Shown here one piece after another: positions 41,027 to 49,393 of a stretch of 52,066 nt of DNA; the first letter of the stretch is position 1; every line of letters starts with the position of its first letter. The notes beneath the pieces were generated by a model. The model was given only the letters and a program-made list of their open reading frames with translations, was not told where the DNA came from and ran no database searches. The position numbers and the translations under genes are program-made. The stretch covers positions 1 to 52,066 of the forward strand of contig JAUSES010000063.1 in the NCBI GenBank assembly GCA_030649835.1. Reading direction: 5' to 3'. The stretch is from a bacterium (GTDB lineage: Bacteria > Patescibacteriota > Minisyncoccia > Phycocordibacterales > UBA1550).

Positions 41027-41255
41027 CGTCTTTTGAATTAGCAAATTCTGAATCACCAGATTCACGTCCTGGACGCAGACTCCTGGACGAAGACTTTCAG
41101 TAGCAATCCAGGAGTAAAAGTGATCAATCATGGATTGCTTCGCAGGTTGTCACGGATATTTTTCTGGTGAAAAATTCCGCGACCCCGCCTCGCGCCGTCG
41201 CACTCCGGCTTTGAAATGCTCCATGTCTTCGCATTTCAACCTACTCGCAAAGACG
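41027..41255 (+). repeat. Composite/degenerate CGTC-tagged element
   Basis: CGTCTTT..AGCAATCCAG..TGGATTGCTTCG..CTCGCAAAGACG with a nested motif shared with 22029-22055. Confidence 0.7.
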
Positions 41256-41415
41256 GGAAAAAATTTTATAATTCAAAGTATATTAGGAGGATTAAATCCT
41301 TATATTTCAAGGTTTTATTGACACACTGTCAATAAAGTGAGGAAATGCTTGACTTCTCAGACGTTTAATGATAGAAATTAACTAATTAATAAAAATATTT
41401 TAATAGTAACTATAT

Positions 41416-42444
41416 ATGTCAGCCATTACATTCAAACCAAAACAAGTAGTAAAGCGTCTTCTTTCACCACTTTCGCCACGCGCCCTTGATGTAATGACCA
41501 AACGTTATGGACTTGGAGAAAACGTAGATCGCATGACACTTGAAGCTATTGGTAAGACGTATGGCATTACCCGTGAGCGCGTGCGCCAGATTGAGAACTT
41601 TGCTCTTGCCGCAATAAAAAAGGCTGACGTATTTAAAAAAGAAGACCCCGTCTTTGCCGAGCTCAATAAGCTAGTTGTTTCTCTCGGTGGTGTAGTTTGC
41701 GAGGAGGATTTTTTAATGCACGTTTCAAAGGATGTTAGTACTCAAAATCATCTTTTCTTTTTACTCGTACTAGGCGACCAATTCTCACGCGAAAAAGAGG
41801 ATGAAAATTTCCGCCACCGCTGGATTGTGGACGACACTGTTTCAATGAAGGTTCACGATGCCATTCGTGAGCTCTACAAGACCCTCTCGCATGAGGACTT
41901 GATTCCTGAAAGTGAAATAGTTGCAGCTTTTTTGAACCACCTAAAAGATGTTTCTGAGGAATACAAAAATGAAGAGATTACAAAGCGTTGGTTGTCACTC
42001 TCAAAGACCATTGCAAAAAATCCACTTGGTGAATGGGGAATGTCAGAGTCACACAATGTGAATGCGCGTGGAATGCGTGACTATGCGTACCTTATTATTC
42101 GCAAACACGGCTCACCAATGCACTTTACAGAAGTAGCAAAGTCCATCACTCAGGTTTTTGGAAAGAAGGCGCACGTTGCTACCTGTCACAACGAGCTCAT
42201 CAAGGACAAACGATTTGTGCTCGTCGGTCGTGGACTTTACGCACTCTCATCATGGGGATATGAAAAAGGGGTAGTACGTGATGTGATCGCAAAGGTGCTC
42301 AAGAAAGAAGGAGCACTCACCAAGCAGGATATTATTGATCGTGTACTCAAGGAGCGTTATGTAAAAGAGAATACCGTTTTTGTAAATCTTCAGGACACAA
42401 AGCTATTTAAGAAGACCAAGGACGGAAAATACGCGTTGGCGTAG
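41416..42444 (+). CDS. Sigma70 region-4 HTH plus C-terminal wHTH (HARE-HTH-like) protein
   Basis: KRYGL..MTLEAIGKTYGITRERVRQIE; PMHFTEVA..TCHNELIKDKRFVLVGRGLYAL. Confidence 0.8.
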   Translation: MSAITFKPKQVVKRLLSPLSPRALDVMTKRYGLGENVDRMTLEAIGKTYGITRERVRQIENFALAAIKKADVFKKEDPVFAELNKLVVSLGGVVCEEDFLMHVSKDVSTQNHLFFLLVLGDQFSREKEDENFRHRWIVDDTVSMKVHDAIRELYKTLSHEDLIPESEIVAAFLNHLKDVSEEYKNEEITKRWLSLSKTIAKNPLGEWGMSESHNVNARGMRDYAYLIIRKHGSPMHFTEVAKSITQVFGKKAHVATCHNELIKDKRFVLVGRGLYALSSWGYEKGVVRDVIAKVLKKEGALTKQDIIDRVLKERYVKENTVFVNLQDTKLFKKTKDGKYALA

Positions 42445-42615
42445 GGGGGGACAGGGGTGCACAAAGGGAACAATCGGGACGAGGGAACAAAAGAACGCCG
42501 AGTCGCGTAGCGACTCGGCGTTCCTTTGTGCATCCCCATTCTCATGTCCCAAACGTTCCCATTGTCATGTGTGTTCCCCCTGTTCCCCCTGTTTCTCCTA
42601 TGCTATAATAGCCAT

Positions 42616-43917
42616 ATGATTGGAAACATGTTTGTTTTGACGGCCTCCCTTCTTGCTATCGTTGTTATTTACTTAGTAACCCTTTTTCTCCCCGAATCCC
42701 TCGGATTTGCTAGATTTTATGCCCAGGGTACCACATACCTCACCATTTTTTTTGAATGGTTTCCTTACTGGGGACCGATATTTTTTGCTTACCTTTTTCA
42801 CCATCAGTGGATGCACTATGTTCAGCACCGTTTCATTTCAAATATAAACTGGATTGTTCTTGAAATAAAACTTCCAAAAGAAATTCATAAAACACCACTT
42901 GCGATGGAAATTGTTTCAAATGTTTTTTATCAATCAACAAGCAAAATAGAATGGTGGGATAAATATTGGAAAGGAAAAGTGAAGGACTGGTTCTCCCTTG
43001 AGATGTGTTCTTTTGAGGGGAACGTTAAGTTTTTTATACGAACGGGAGCATTTTATAAAAACACCATTGAGGCACAGCTGTATGCACAGTACCCAGACAT
43101 TGAAATATACGAAGTGCCAGACTATACCCGGTATGTTGATTTTAAAGGAAAAGAGGGAGAGTGGGATATGATCGCTGCTGAATATAAGCTCACTAAGGAA
43201 GATGCGTATCCTATTAGAACTTATGTTGATTATGGAATGGACAAGGAGGGGGTAAAGGAGGAATTCAAAATAGACCCACTCACTTCTATCATTGAGTATC
43301 TTGGTTCCATAGGTAAGGGAGAGCAAATTTGGGTCCAAATACTTGTTCAGTCAGCAAGTAAGACCTATCACAAACACGATGGCACCATGGGGGACTGGAC
43401 AGACGAGGGGAAAGACCTTCTGCAAAAACTTACTGGTCGTAATCTAAAAAAACCAGGCGAAACATTCTCCCCACTCAGTCTTACTGAAGGTGAAAAAGAG
43501 GTTGTGGGGGCTATTGAGCGTAATACCTCAAAGCTTGGTTTTGATTGTGGTATTCGCGCGATGTATCTCGCAAAAAAAGACAAAATGGACTATGGGAATA
43601 TTCGCGGCATAGGTGGTCTGCTCCGTCCGTTTAATACAAATAACCTAAATGGGTTTAAGAGCTCCGAGCAAACATTTGGTTGGGATTTTCCATGGGAAGA
43701 CTTTAGGATGATGCGTATGTACGAAAAGAAGAGAAAAATATTTGAAGGGTACAAGCACCGCGCGTGGTTTCATCTTCCGCGACATCTACCACCATTTGTG
43801 CTTTCTACAGAGGAGCTTGCGACTATTTATCACTTCCCTGGAGGGGTGGCACAGACACCAACGTTTGGGCGCATTCCTTCACGTAAGTCAGAAGCCCCTG
43901 TTAATTTGCCAATATGA
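42616..43917 (+). CDS. Membrane-anchored hypothetical protein
   Basis: TGnTATAAT at 42601-42609; N-terminal TM segments; LEIKLPKE..KTPLAME, WFSLE, YAQYPD, ELATIYHFP. Confidence 0.75.
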   Translation: MIGNMFVLTASLLAIVVIYLVTLFLPESLGFARFYAQGTTYLTIFFEWFPYWGPIFFAYLFHHQWMHYVQHRFISNINWIVLEIKLPKEIHKTPLAMEIVSNVFYQSTSKIEWWDKYWKGKVKDWFSLEMCSFEGNVKFFIRTGAFYKNTIEAQLYAQYPDIEIYEVPDYTRYVDFKGKEGEWDMIAAEYKLTKEDAYPIRTYVDYGMDKEGVKEEFKIDPLTSIIEYLGSIGKGEQIWVQILVQSASKTYHKHDGTMGDWTDEGKDLLQKLTGRNLKKPGETFSPLSLTEGEKEVVGAIERNTSKLGFDCGIRAMYLAKKDKMDYGNIRGIGGLLRPFNTNNLNGFKSSEQTFGWDFPWEDFRMMRMYEKKRKIFEGYKHRAWFHLPRHLPPFVLSTEELATIYHFPGGVAQTPTFGRIPSRKSEAPVNLPI

Positions 43918-44954
43918 TAACCCCGCCCGAAACAGAAAATTTTTTAGAGGAAACAGTACGGGAACACGGGCGTATTTCTTCGTTTCTCGCAAGTCTCGGT
44001 ATCGAAAGTGCCCAAGCAAAAATGCTCCTCTCCGTGATGTTGGTCGTAACCTTTTTTTCAGGGACTATATCTTTTCTATTGTTGCCACCATTTGATTTTC
44101 CTCAAAATAAAATCATTACGATAAAGCGTGGCGCATCACTCGCAGAGGTGTCAGTAAACTTTTCAAACGAAAACCTCATTCGCTCACAGGCGCTTTTTGA
44201 GTTTTGTATGAAAGTAGTTGGAGGAGAAAAGCCAATCGTTGCAGGGGATTACTATTTCAAGGAGCCAATACCTACCTGCACAATAAGTCGACGTATTGCT
44301 GGCGGAGTTTCGGGAATCCCTTCGATAAAAGTAACGCTTCCAGAGGGTATGTCGAATACTGAAATGACTGTAATTCTTTCAAAGAGTCTAGAAAAATTTG
44401 AAAAAGATGTTTTTATTGAGAAAGCACGCTCAAAAGAAGGGTACCTTTTTCCAGACACATATTTCTTCCCTACAGGTGTTGTTGCAGAAGGAGTCGAAAT
44501 AATAATGAGCGAGAATTTTAATAAGAAGATTGAACCATGGAAAGGACCTATCGAGAGTTCAGGGCACACGCTTCGGGATATAATTATTATGGCATCTATT
44601 TTAGAAAAAGAAGCAACAAGCGAAGAGGACAAGAAAATGGTCGCAGGGATCCTCTGGAAAAGAATTGAAATAAAAATGCCGCTTCAGGTAGACGCAACGT
44701 TTATGTACCTTTTGGGCAAGAAATCAAGCGACCTCACACAAGATGATTTAAAAATGAACTCCGCCTACAATACCTACAAGAACCGTGGTCTTCCCGCAGG
44801 ACCTATTGGTAATCCCGGGATCGTTGCGATTCGATCTGCAATAGCACCCACCACATCCCCATATCTTTATTATCTCTCTGATAATGATGGCGTTATTCAC
44901 TATGCAAAGACATTTGAGGAGCATAAGGCAAATAAGGCCAAATATATCAAATAG
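43914..44954 (+). CDS. mltG: Endolytic transglycosylase MltG
   Basis: VTLPEG, EGYLFPDTY, ASILEKE, LQVDAT, YNTY...GLP.GPIGNPG. Confidence 0.95.
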   Translation: MITPPETENFLEETVREHGRISSFLASLGIESAQAKMLLSVMLVVTFFSGTISFLLLPPFDFPQNKIITIKRGASLAEVSVNFSNENLIRSQALFEFCMKVVGGEKPIVAGDYYFKEPIPTCTISRRIAGGVSGIPSIKVTLPEGMSNTEMTVILSKSLEKFEKDVFIEKARSKEGYLFPDTYFFPTGVVAEGVEIIMSENFNKKIEPWKGPIESSGHTLRDIIIMASILEKEATSEEDKKMVAGILWKRIEIKMPLQVDATFMYLLGKKSSDLTQDDLKMNSAYNTYKNRGLPAGPIGNPGIVAIRSAIAPTTSPYLYYLSDNDGVIHYAKTFEEHKANKAKYIK

Positions 44955-44998
44955 TAAAACAGTTTGCTGTTTTGTAGTTATTCGGGTAGGGTAGAAAT

Positions 44999-46156
44999 AT
45001 GAAGCTTGAAAAAAGTTTATGGCCCAGCCACGAACCAGCTGGTTCGAAAGGACGCGTATATGTCGGAATGTCTGGTGGAGTAGACAGCTCGGTATCCGCT
45101 GCGCTCCTACAAAAGGCAGGCTATGAGGTAATAGGAGTCTTTATGAAGGTGTGGCAGCCGGATTTTTTGCCGTGCACATGGCGCGAGGAGCGTTTGGATG
45201 CAATGCGAGTCTCGGCGCATCTTGGGATACCACTTCTTACGTGGGATTTTGAAAAAGAGTACAAGGAGGGCGTGGCGGACTATATGATAGCCGAATACAA
45301 GGCGGGGCGTACACCAAACCCTGACGTGATGTGCAACAAGGAAATTAAATTTGGAGCGTTTTTTAGACGCGCGATGAAAGAGGGTGCGGACTACGTGGCG
45401 ACAGGGCATTACGCACAAGTCGCCCGGGGCGACCGCGGAAGGACGCAGACTAAACGCGGAATGTCGCGGAAGGAAGACATGAGATATAGCATGCTGAAAG
45501 GCGTTGACGATGCCAAGGACCAATCATATTTCTTATGGACACTCGGGCAAGAGCAACTCAGCAAAACACTTTTTCCTATTGGCGGATTTAAAAAGTCTCA
45601 AGTGCGCACACTTGCAAAAAAGTTTGCGCTCCCTGTTGCTGAGAAAAAAGATTCACAGGGACTTTGCTTTGTGGGCAAGCTTGATATGAAAGATTTTCTC
45701 GCGCATTTCATAGAAGGGAAAGAGGGTAACGTAATAAATGAGAAAGGCGAAACAATCGGTACCCACCGCGGTGCATTTTTCTACACGCTTGGCGAACGTC
45801 ACGGTTTTGAAGTCACGAAAAAAGGAACTGATGACATGCCACTTTACATTGTTGCAAAGGATTTAGTTGCTAACACTATCACCGTCGTCCATGAAGTGCG
45901 AGGCACGCTTGAATGTGAATCAAAAGACATCACCGTCTCGCAAGCAAACTTTGGTGCAGGTTTTGCTCCAGATACAAAAAAGAAATATACCGCCCAAGTG
46001 CGTTATCACGGGGAACATTACAAATGTAAAATCACCACCTTGACTCAAAGCACTTTCTCTCTTCATCTCGACAAACCCGCAGTCTTCGACGCCGGTCAAT
46101 CGGTAGTTTTGTATGATGGGGATCAGTGTCTTGGGGGAGGCGTTATTGACAGATGA
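44999..46156 (+). CDS. mnmA: tRNA 2-thiouridine synthase
   Basis: MSGGVDSSV, TPNPDVMCN, ATGHY, KDQSYFL, KKDSQGLCF. Confidence 0.97.
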   Translation: MKLEKSLWPSHEPAGSKGRVYVGMSGGVDSSVSAALLQKAGYEVIGVFMKVWQPDFLPCTWREERLDAMRVSAHLGIPLLTWDFEKEYKEGVADYMIAEYKAGRTPNPDVMCNKEIKFGAFFRRAMKEGADYVATGHYAQVARGDRGRTQTKRGMSRKEDMRYSMLKGVDDAKDQSYFLWTLGQEQLSKTLFPIGGFKKSQVRTLAKKFALPVAEKKDSQGLCFVGKLDMKDFLAHFIEGKEGNVINEKGETIGTHRGAFFYTLGERHGFEVTKKGTDDMPLYIVAKDLVANTITVVHEVRGTLECESKDITVSQANFGAGFAPDTKKKYTAQVRYHGEHYKCKITTLTQSTFSLHLDKPAVFDAGQSVVLYDGDQCLGGGVIDR

Positions 46157-46249
46157 CAATTATAGTGTATACTAATGTTAGTTCTTTGAAGTTGTAAAGA
46201 CTCGTATATCCGAACGCAGAGGGTTTAATTAGTGAAAGGAAGGATTGCC

Positions 46250-46924
46250 ATGAGCAATAAGGCCTCGTTGTCCAACACAGAGCTGGAGCTTACACAGCGG
46301 ATTCAAATGTTTTTTCCTCGCGGAGTTATCCCGACAGAAATACTCGCACAATGGAATGGTTGTTCAGGAGTTGATTTAACAGCCACCATACTCGATACTT
46401 TTAGCAAGCCTCGTTTATCGAGAAGCGGTAATTCTCTAAAATCAACTCTCGCCCGCCTCCGCGATAGAGGCTACCTTGACACCTCCTTTGAAAGCAAAGA
46501 AACTCACCGTCTCACCATAAAGTCGCTTTCTAAAGAAGAAGCAATTGAACGTTATAGACAGAGCGGTGGCGGAACATGGGTATGGGATGAATTGGAAAAG
46601 AACATGCCCTACACGATCCCCACGACAGAAACACTTGATGTCATGATGATGGGCTTTGGTAGAAGTATCAAGAGCGGCACGGCACTTGACGAAATGGACG
46701 CACTAGGTGTCCGCACTCTCACCAAAGAAGAAATAATCCACTACGGCACTGCATTTCCGTCACACCAAGAGAAAAATTTTCTTGGCTCACTTGATAAGTT
46801 TGTGATGGATAGCAATCCTCATGCTGCAGTCCTGGAAGTGTACGGCGGCAAGCGTGACCTGGACGCCCGCCTTTGGGTCGATGTCTGGGACGACTGGTAT
46901 CGTTTCCCCGTTGTCAGCAAGTAG
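46250..46924 (+). CDS. Hypothetical protein with a DGR-target-like C-terminus
   Basis: Own promoter TTGACA-16-TATACT (46146-46173); ends VLEVYGGKRDLDARLWVDVWDDWYRFPVVSK. Confidence 0.65.
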   Translation: MSNKASLSNTELELTQRIQMFFPRGVIPTEILAQWNGCSGVDLTATILDTFSKPRLSRSGNSLKSTLARLRDRGYLDTSFESKETHRLTIKSLSKEEAIERYRQSGGGTWVWDELEKNMPYTIPTTETLDVMMMGFGRSIKSGTALDEMDALGVRTLTKEEIIHYGTAFPSHQEKNFLGSLDKFVMDSNPHAAVLEVYGGKRDLDARLWVDVWDDWYRFPVVSK

Positions 46925-47019
46925 CGCTTGGACTTTAGACACGATGCTTTTGGTTTAAAATTTTTCTTATCATGCATTCCAAATTTTACTCAAACATGCG
47001 ACAATGAGAAGAATACTTG

Positions 47020-47118
47020 TCCCGTTAGAAGTTTCTCCAGTAATCCTTACGAGGCAAGAAAGTGAAATTATAGTATGAAATATTTAAGCAATATTTATGA
47101 ACAAAACTTTTAATGGGA
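47020..47118. mobile_element. CCCGTTAGA-family element ending in the A of ATG 47118
   Basis: TCCCGTTAGAAGTTT/AAACTTTTAATGGGA with two G-T mismatches. Confidence 0.75.
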
Positions 47119-47984
47119 TGACAAACGGAAAGAACGAAGTTGCATGGGTAATAAAATCCACAGGCGAGAGGGAACCTTTTTCGCTCCACAAGCTCAAGCG
47201 GTCACTCACGCGCTCTGGTGCAGATGAGGAAAGTATCGAGCGCATTATTGACCACATTCTCCCCGAGCTTCACGACGGCATGAAGACGTCGCAGATTTAC
47301 AAGCACGCGTATTCCATTCTTAAGAAAAACAAATATCCGGCAGCAGTGCGCTACTCACTTCGCAAAGCAGTGATGGAGCTCGGGCCAAGTGGTTTCCCTT
47401 TTGAAAAATTTGTCGCAGAGGTTTTTCGACGCAAGGGGTACACTGCGCGGACAGGCGTTATTCTCCCAGGGTTTTGTGTGTCGCATGAAGTGGATGTGCT
47501 TTTGGAAAAAGGTGAAAGCCATATTTTTGCAGAGTGCAAATTTCACAATCAGCAGGGCATAAAAACAGATGTGAAAGTAGCACTTTACGTGCACGCGCGA
47601 TTTCTTGATCTACAAAAGGGGCATGACGAAGCTCATAAAAAACACGAAGATGAGGTCGGGAAAATTCACGAAGGGTGGCTTATTACCAACACAAAGCTCA
47701 CGAGTGATGCTATCCAATATGCAAATTGTGCGGGGCTCACGGTGATAGGCTGGGATTATCCAGAGGTGGGGAATTTGCAAGATTTGATTTTAGAAACAGG
47801 AGTGCACCCACTTACGTTTCTTTCTACACTGACGCAAAGTGAAAAGAATAGTTTGCTTGAGCAGGGGATTGTGATGTGTCGTGATTTAAAAAATAGTTCC
47901 GCACCCTTGAAGTCAATAGGTTTTTCGGACGAACAAATAAAAAAAGTAGTCGATGAGGTGGATCAGGTTTGTCAGGAGCTTTGA
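47118..47984 (+). CDS. ATP-cone plus Mrr-like PD-(D/E)XK nuclease domain protein
   Basis: VIKSTGEREPFSLHKL (ATP cone); GFPFEKFVA, HEVDV, AECKFH, ITNTKLTSDA. Confidence 0.8.
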   Translation: MTNGKNEVAWVIKSTGEREPFSLHKLKRSLTRSGADEESIERIIDHILPELHDGMKTSQIYKHAYSILKKNKYPAAVRYSLRKAVMELGPSGFPFEKFVAEVFRRKGYTARTGVILPGFCVSHEVDVLLEKGESHIFAECKFHNQQGIKTDVKVALYVHARFLDLQKGHDEAHKKHEDEVGKIHEGWLITNTKLTSDAIQYANCAGLTVIGWDYPEVGNLQDLILETGVHPLTFLSTLTQSEKNSLLEQGIVMCRDLKNSSAPLKSIGFSDEQIKKVVDEVDQVCQEL

Positions 47985-48142
47985 TAGATAGTCCGTAGTC
48001 GCAAATAATTTATTTTTGTTACTCCCCGCACCCCACGAAGCTAGACGAAACTAGGTATCTACCTATAGCATACTATACGCTATAGGTAGATACCTAGAGT
48101 TCTGGAATTTACTGTATAAGTTTGCTACAATATCAAAATGGA

Positions 48143-48263
48143 TCCCGTTAGAGGTCGTAACTGTTATATTTTGACATCACGGGTTTTGAAAAGGAATACG
48201 TAGAAATTTTACTAATTATTAATTAGCTACGGAAACGCACAGCGTTTCCTACCTTTAACGGGA
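48143..48263. mobile_element. CCCGTTAGA-family element inserted in the mgtC start codon
   Basis: A-TGGA[TCCCGTTAGAGGT...ACCTTTAACGGGA]TGGA. Confidence 0.85.
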
Positions 48264-48751
48264 TGGACTTCACAACAATATTCACAGGCCAAGATTTAGA
48301 AATTACTTTAAAACTTTTCATCGCGCTTTTTCTTGGTATGTCGCTTGGTATTGAGCGCGCCATTGCAGGCAAAACCGCAGGGATGCGCACCTACGGACTT
48401 GTTACTATGGGTTCTACACTTTTTGTGATAGTCGGCGTTCTTGCGTCAGGTGGGTATGTAAGCGCGACTGGGATATTTACCGATTCATCAGCACGCATCA
48501 CCGCAGCGATTATTCAAGGCATTGGCTTTATTGGTGCAGGACTTATTTTCTTTAAAGTAGGAGATGCAAAAGTGAGCGGAGTCACGACAGCCGCGGGAAT
48601 TTGGGTTTCTGCTGGCGTGGGAGTAGCAATAGGTTATGGGTTTTATGCGTTAGCGATTATTTCAACAATTTTCACCCTCTTTGCTTTCACCGGTCTTTGG
48701 TATATTGAGAATAAAGTGAAGGCGTTTGCTCATTTTCCCGACGAGGACTAA
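48263..48751 (+). CDS. MgtC/SapB family protein
   Basis: GIER..GKTAGMRTY, RITAAIIQGIGFIGAG, GVTTAAGIW. Confidence 0.92.
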   Translation: MDFTTIFTGQDLEITLKLFIALFLGMSLGIERAIAGKTAGMRTYGLVTMGSTLFVIVGVLASGGYVSATGIFTDSSARITAAIIQGIGFIGAGLIFFKVGDAKVSGVTTAAGIWVSAGVGVAIGYGFYALAIISTIFTLFAFTGLWYIENKVKAFAHFPDED

Positions 48752-48764
48752 TTTTGCTCGCATA

Positions 48765-49193
48765 ATGTATATGATTTACATCTACGCGTTTCTTTCGGCA
48801 TTTACGGCAGCGCTTGTGGCTATTTTTGGCAAGCTTGGTTTAAAAAATATTGATCCAACTCTTGCTACCACCGTACGCTCCATTATCATGGCAGTCTTTT
48901 TGGTCGGGGTTGCATTTATGTTTAAAAAATTCGATGGATTTTCTCTTTCATCATTTACTGGTCGTGAATGGATACTCATTTCGCTCGCTGGCGTCGCGGG
49001 CGCACTGTCATGGTTATTTTACTTTCTTGCTCTTCGTGGCGGAACAGCGTCGAGCATTGTTGCCATAGATAGGTTGAGTATAGTTTTTGTTATCATTCTC
49101 GCGGCCATTTTTCTTGGAGAGGCACTTACATGGAAGACCATTCTCGGTTCCGCGCTCGTGGTTGTGGGTGCGCTTTTTATTGTATTGAAATAA
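48765..49193 (+). CDS. EamA/DMT family transporter (single repeat)
   Basis: ALVAIFGKLGL..IDPTLATTVR, SWLFYFLAL, VAIDRLS, FLGE. Confidence 0.88.
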   Translation: MYMIYIYAFLSAFTAALVAIFGKLGLKNIDPTLATTVRSIIMAVFLVGVAFMFKKFDGFSLSSFTGREWILISLAGVAGALSWLFYFLALRGGTASSIVAIDRLSIVFVIILAAIFLGEALTWKTILGSALVVVGALFIVLK

Positions 49194-49200
49194 CAGACGA

Positions 49201-49258
49201 CCGCGCCAACTATCACCAAGTCACAGCTATAGCTGTGACTTGGTGATAGTTGGCGCGG
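49201..49258. repeat. 58-bp perfect palindrome with no loop
   Basis: CCGCGCCAACTATCACCAAGTCACAGCTA|TAGCTGTGACTTGGTGATAGTTGGCGCGG. Confidence 0.9.
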
Positions 49259-49292
49259 GTTGGGCTCTTAGTGTAAGATACAAGGATACTTG

Positions 49293-49393
49293 CCCCGTTG
49301 AGAGTCTTCCCTGAAATGTTCGGTGAATTAGAAAAAACGCACGGTTTTAAATGGCAATTAAATATATTTATATGGAAAAAACTTCTACTGGGA
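49293..49393. mobile_element. Degenerate CCCGTTAGA-family element ending in the A of the alaS ATG
   Basis: CCCCGTTGAGAGT...ACTTCTACTGGGA; 3' part and upstream ATACTTG resemble the 47020 copy. Confidence 0.6.

Noticed and set aside
42526-42615. Longer start for the 42616 gene
   Set aside because: Encoded by TGTTCCC repeats; an extended -10 box sits just before ATG 42616.
49351-49392. N-terminal extension of AlaS (similarly 47097-47117)
   Set aside because: Lies inside a CCCGTTAGA-family element; the canonical-looking start is the ATG at the element end. Use of the internal ATG cannot be excluded.
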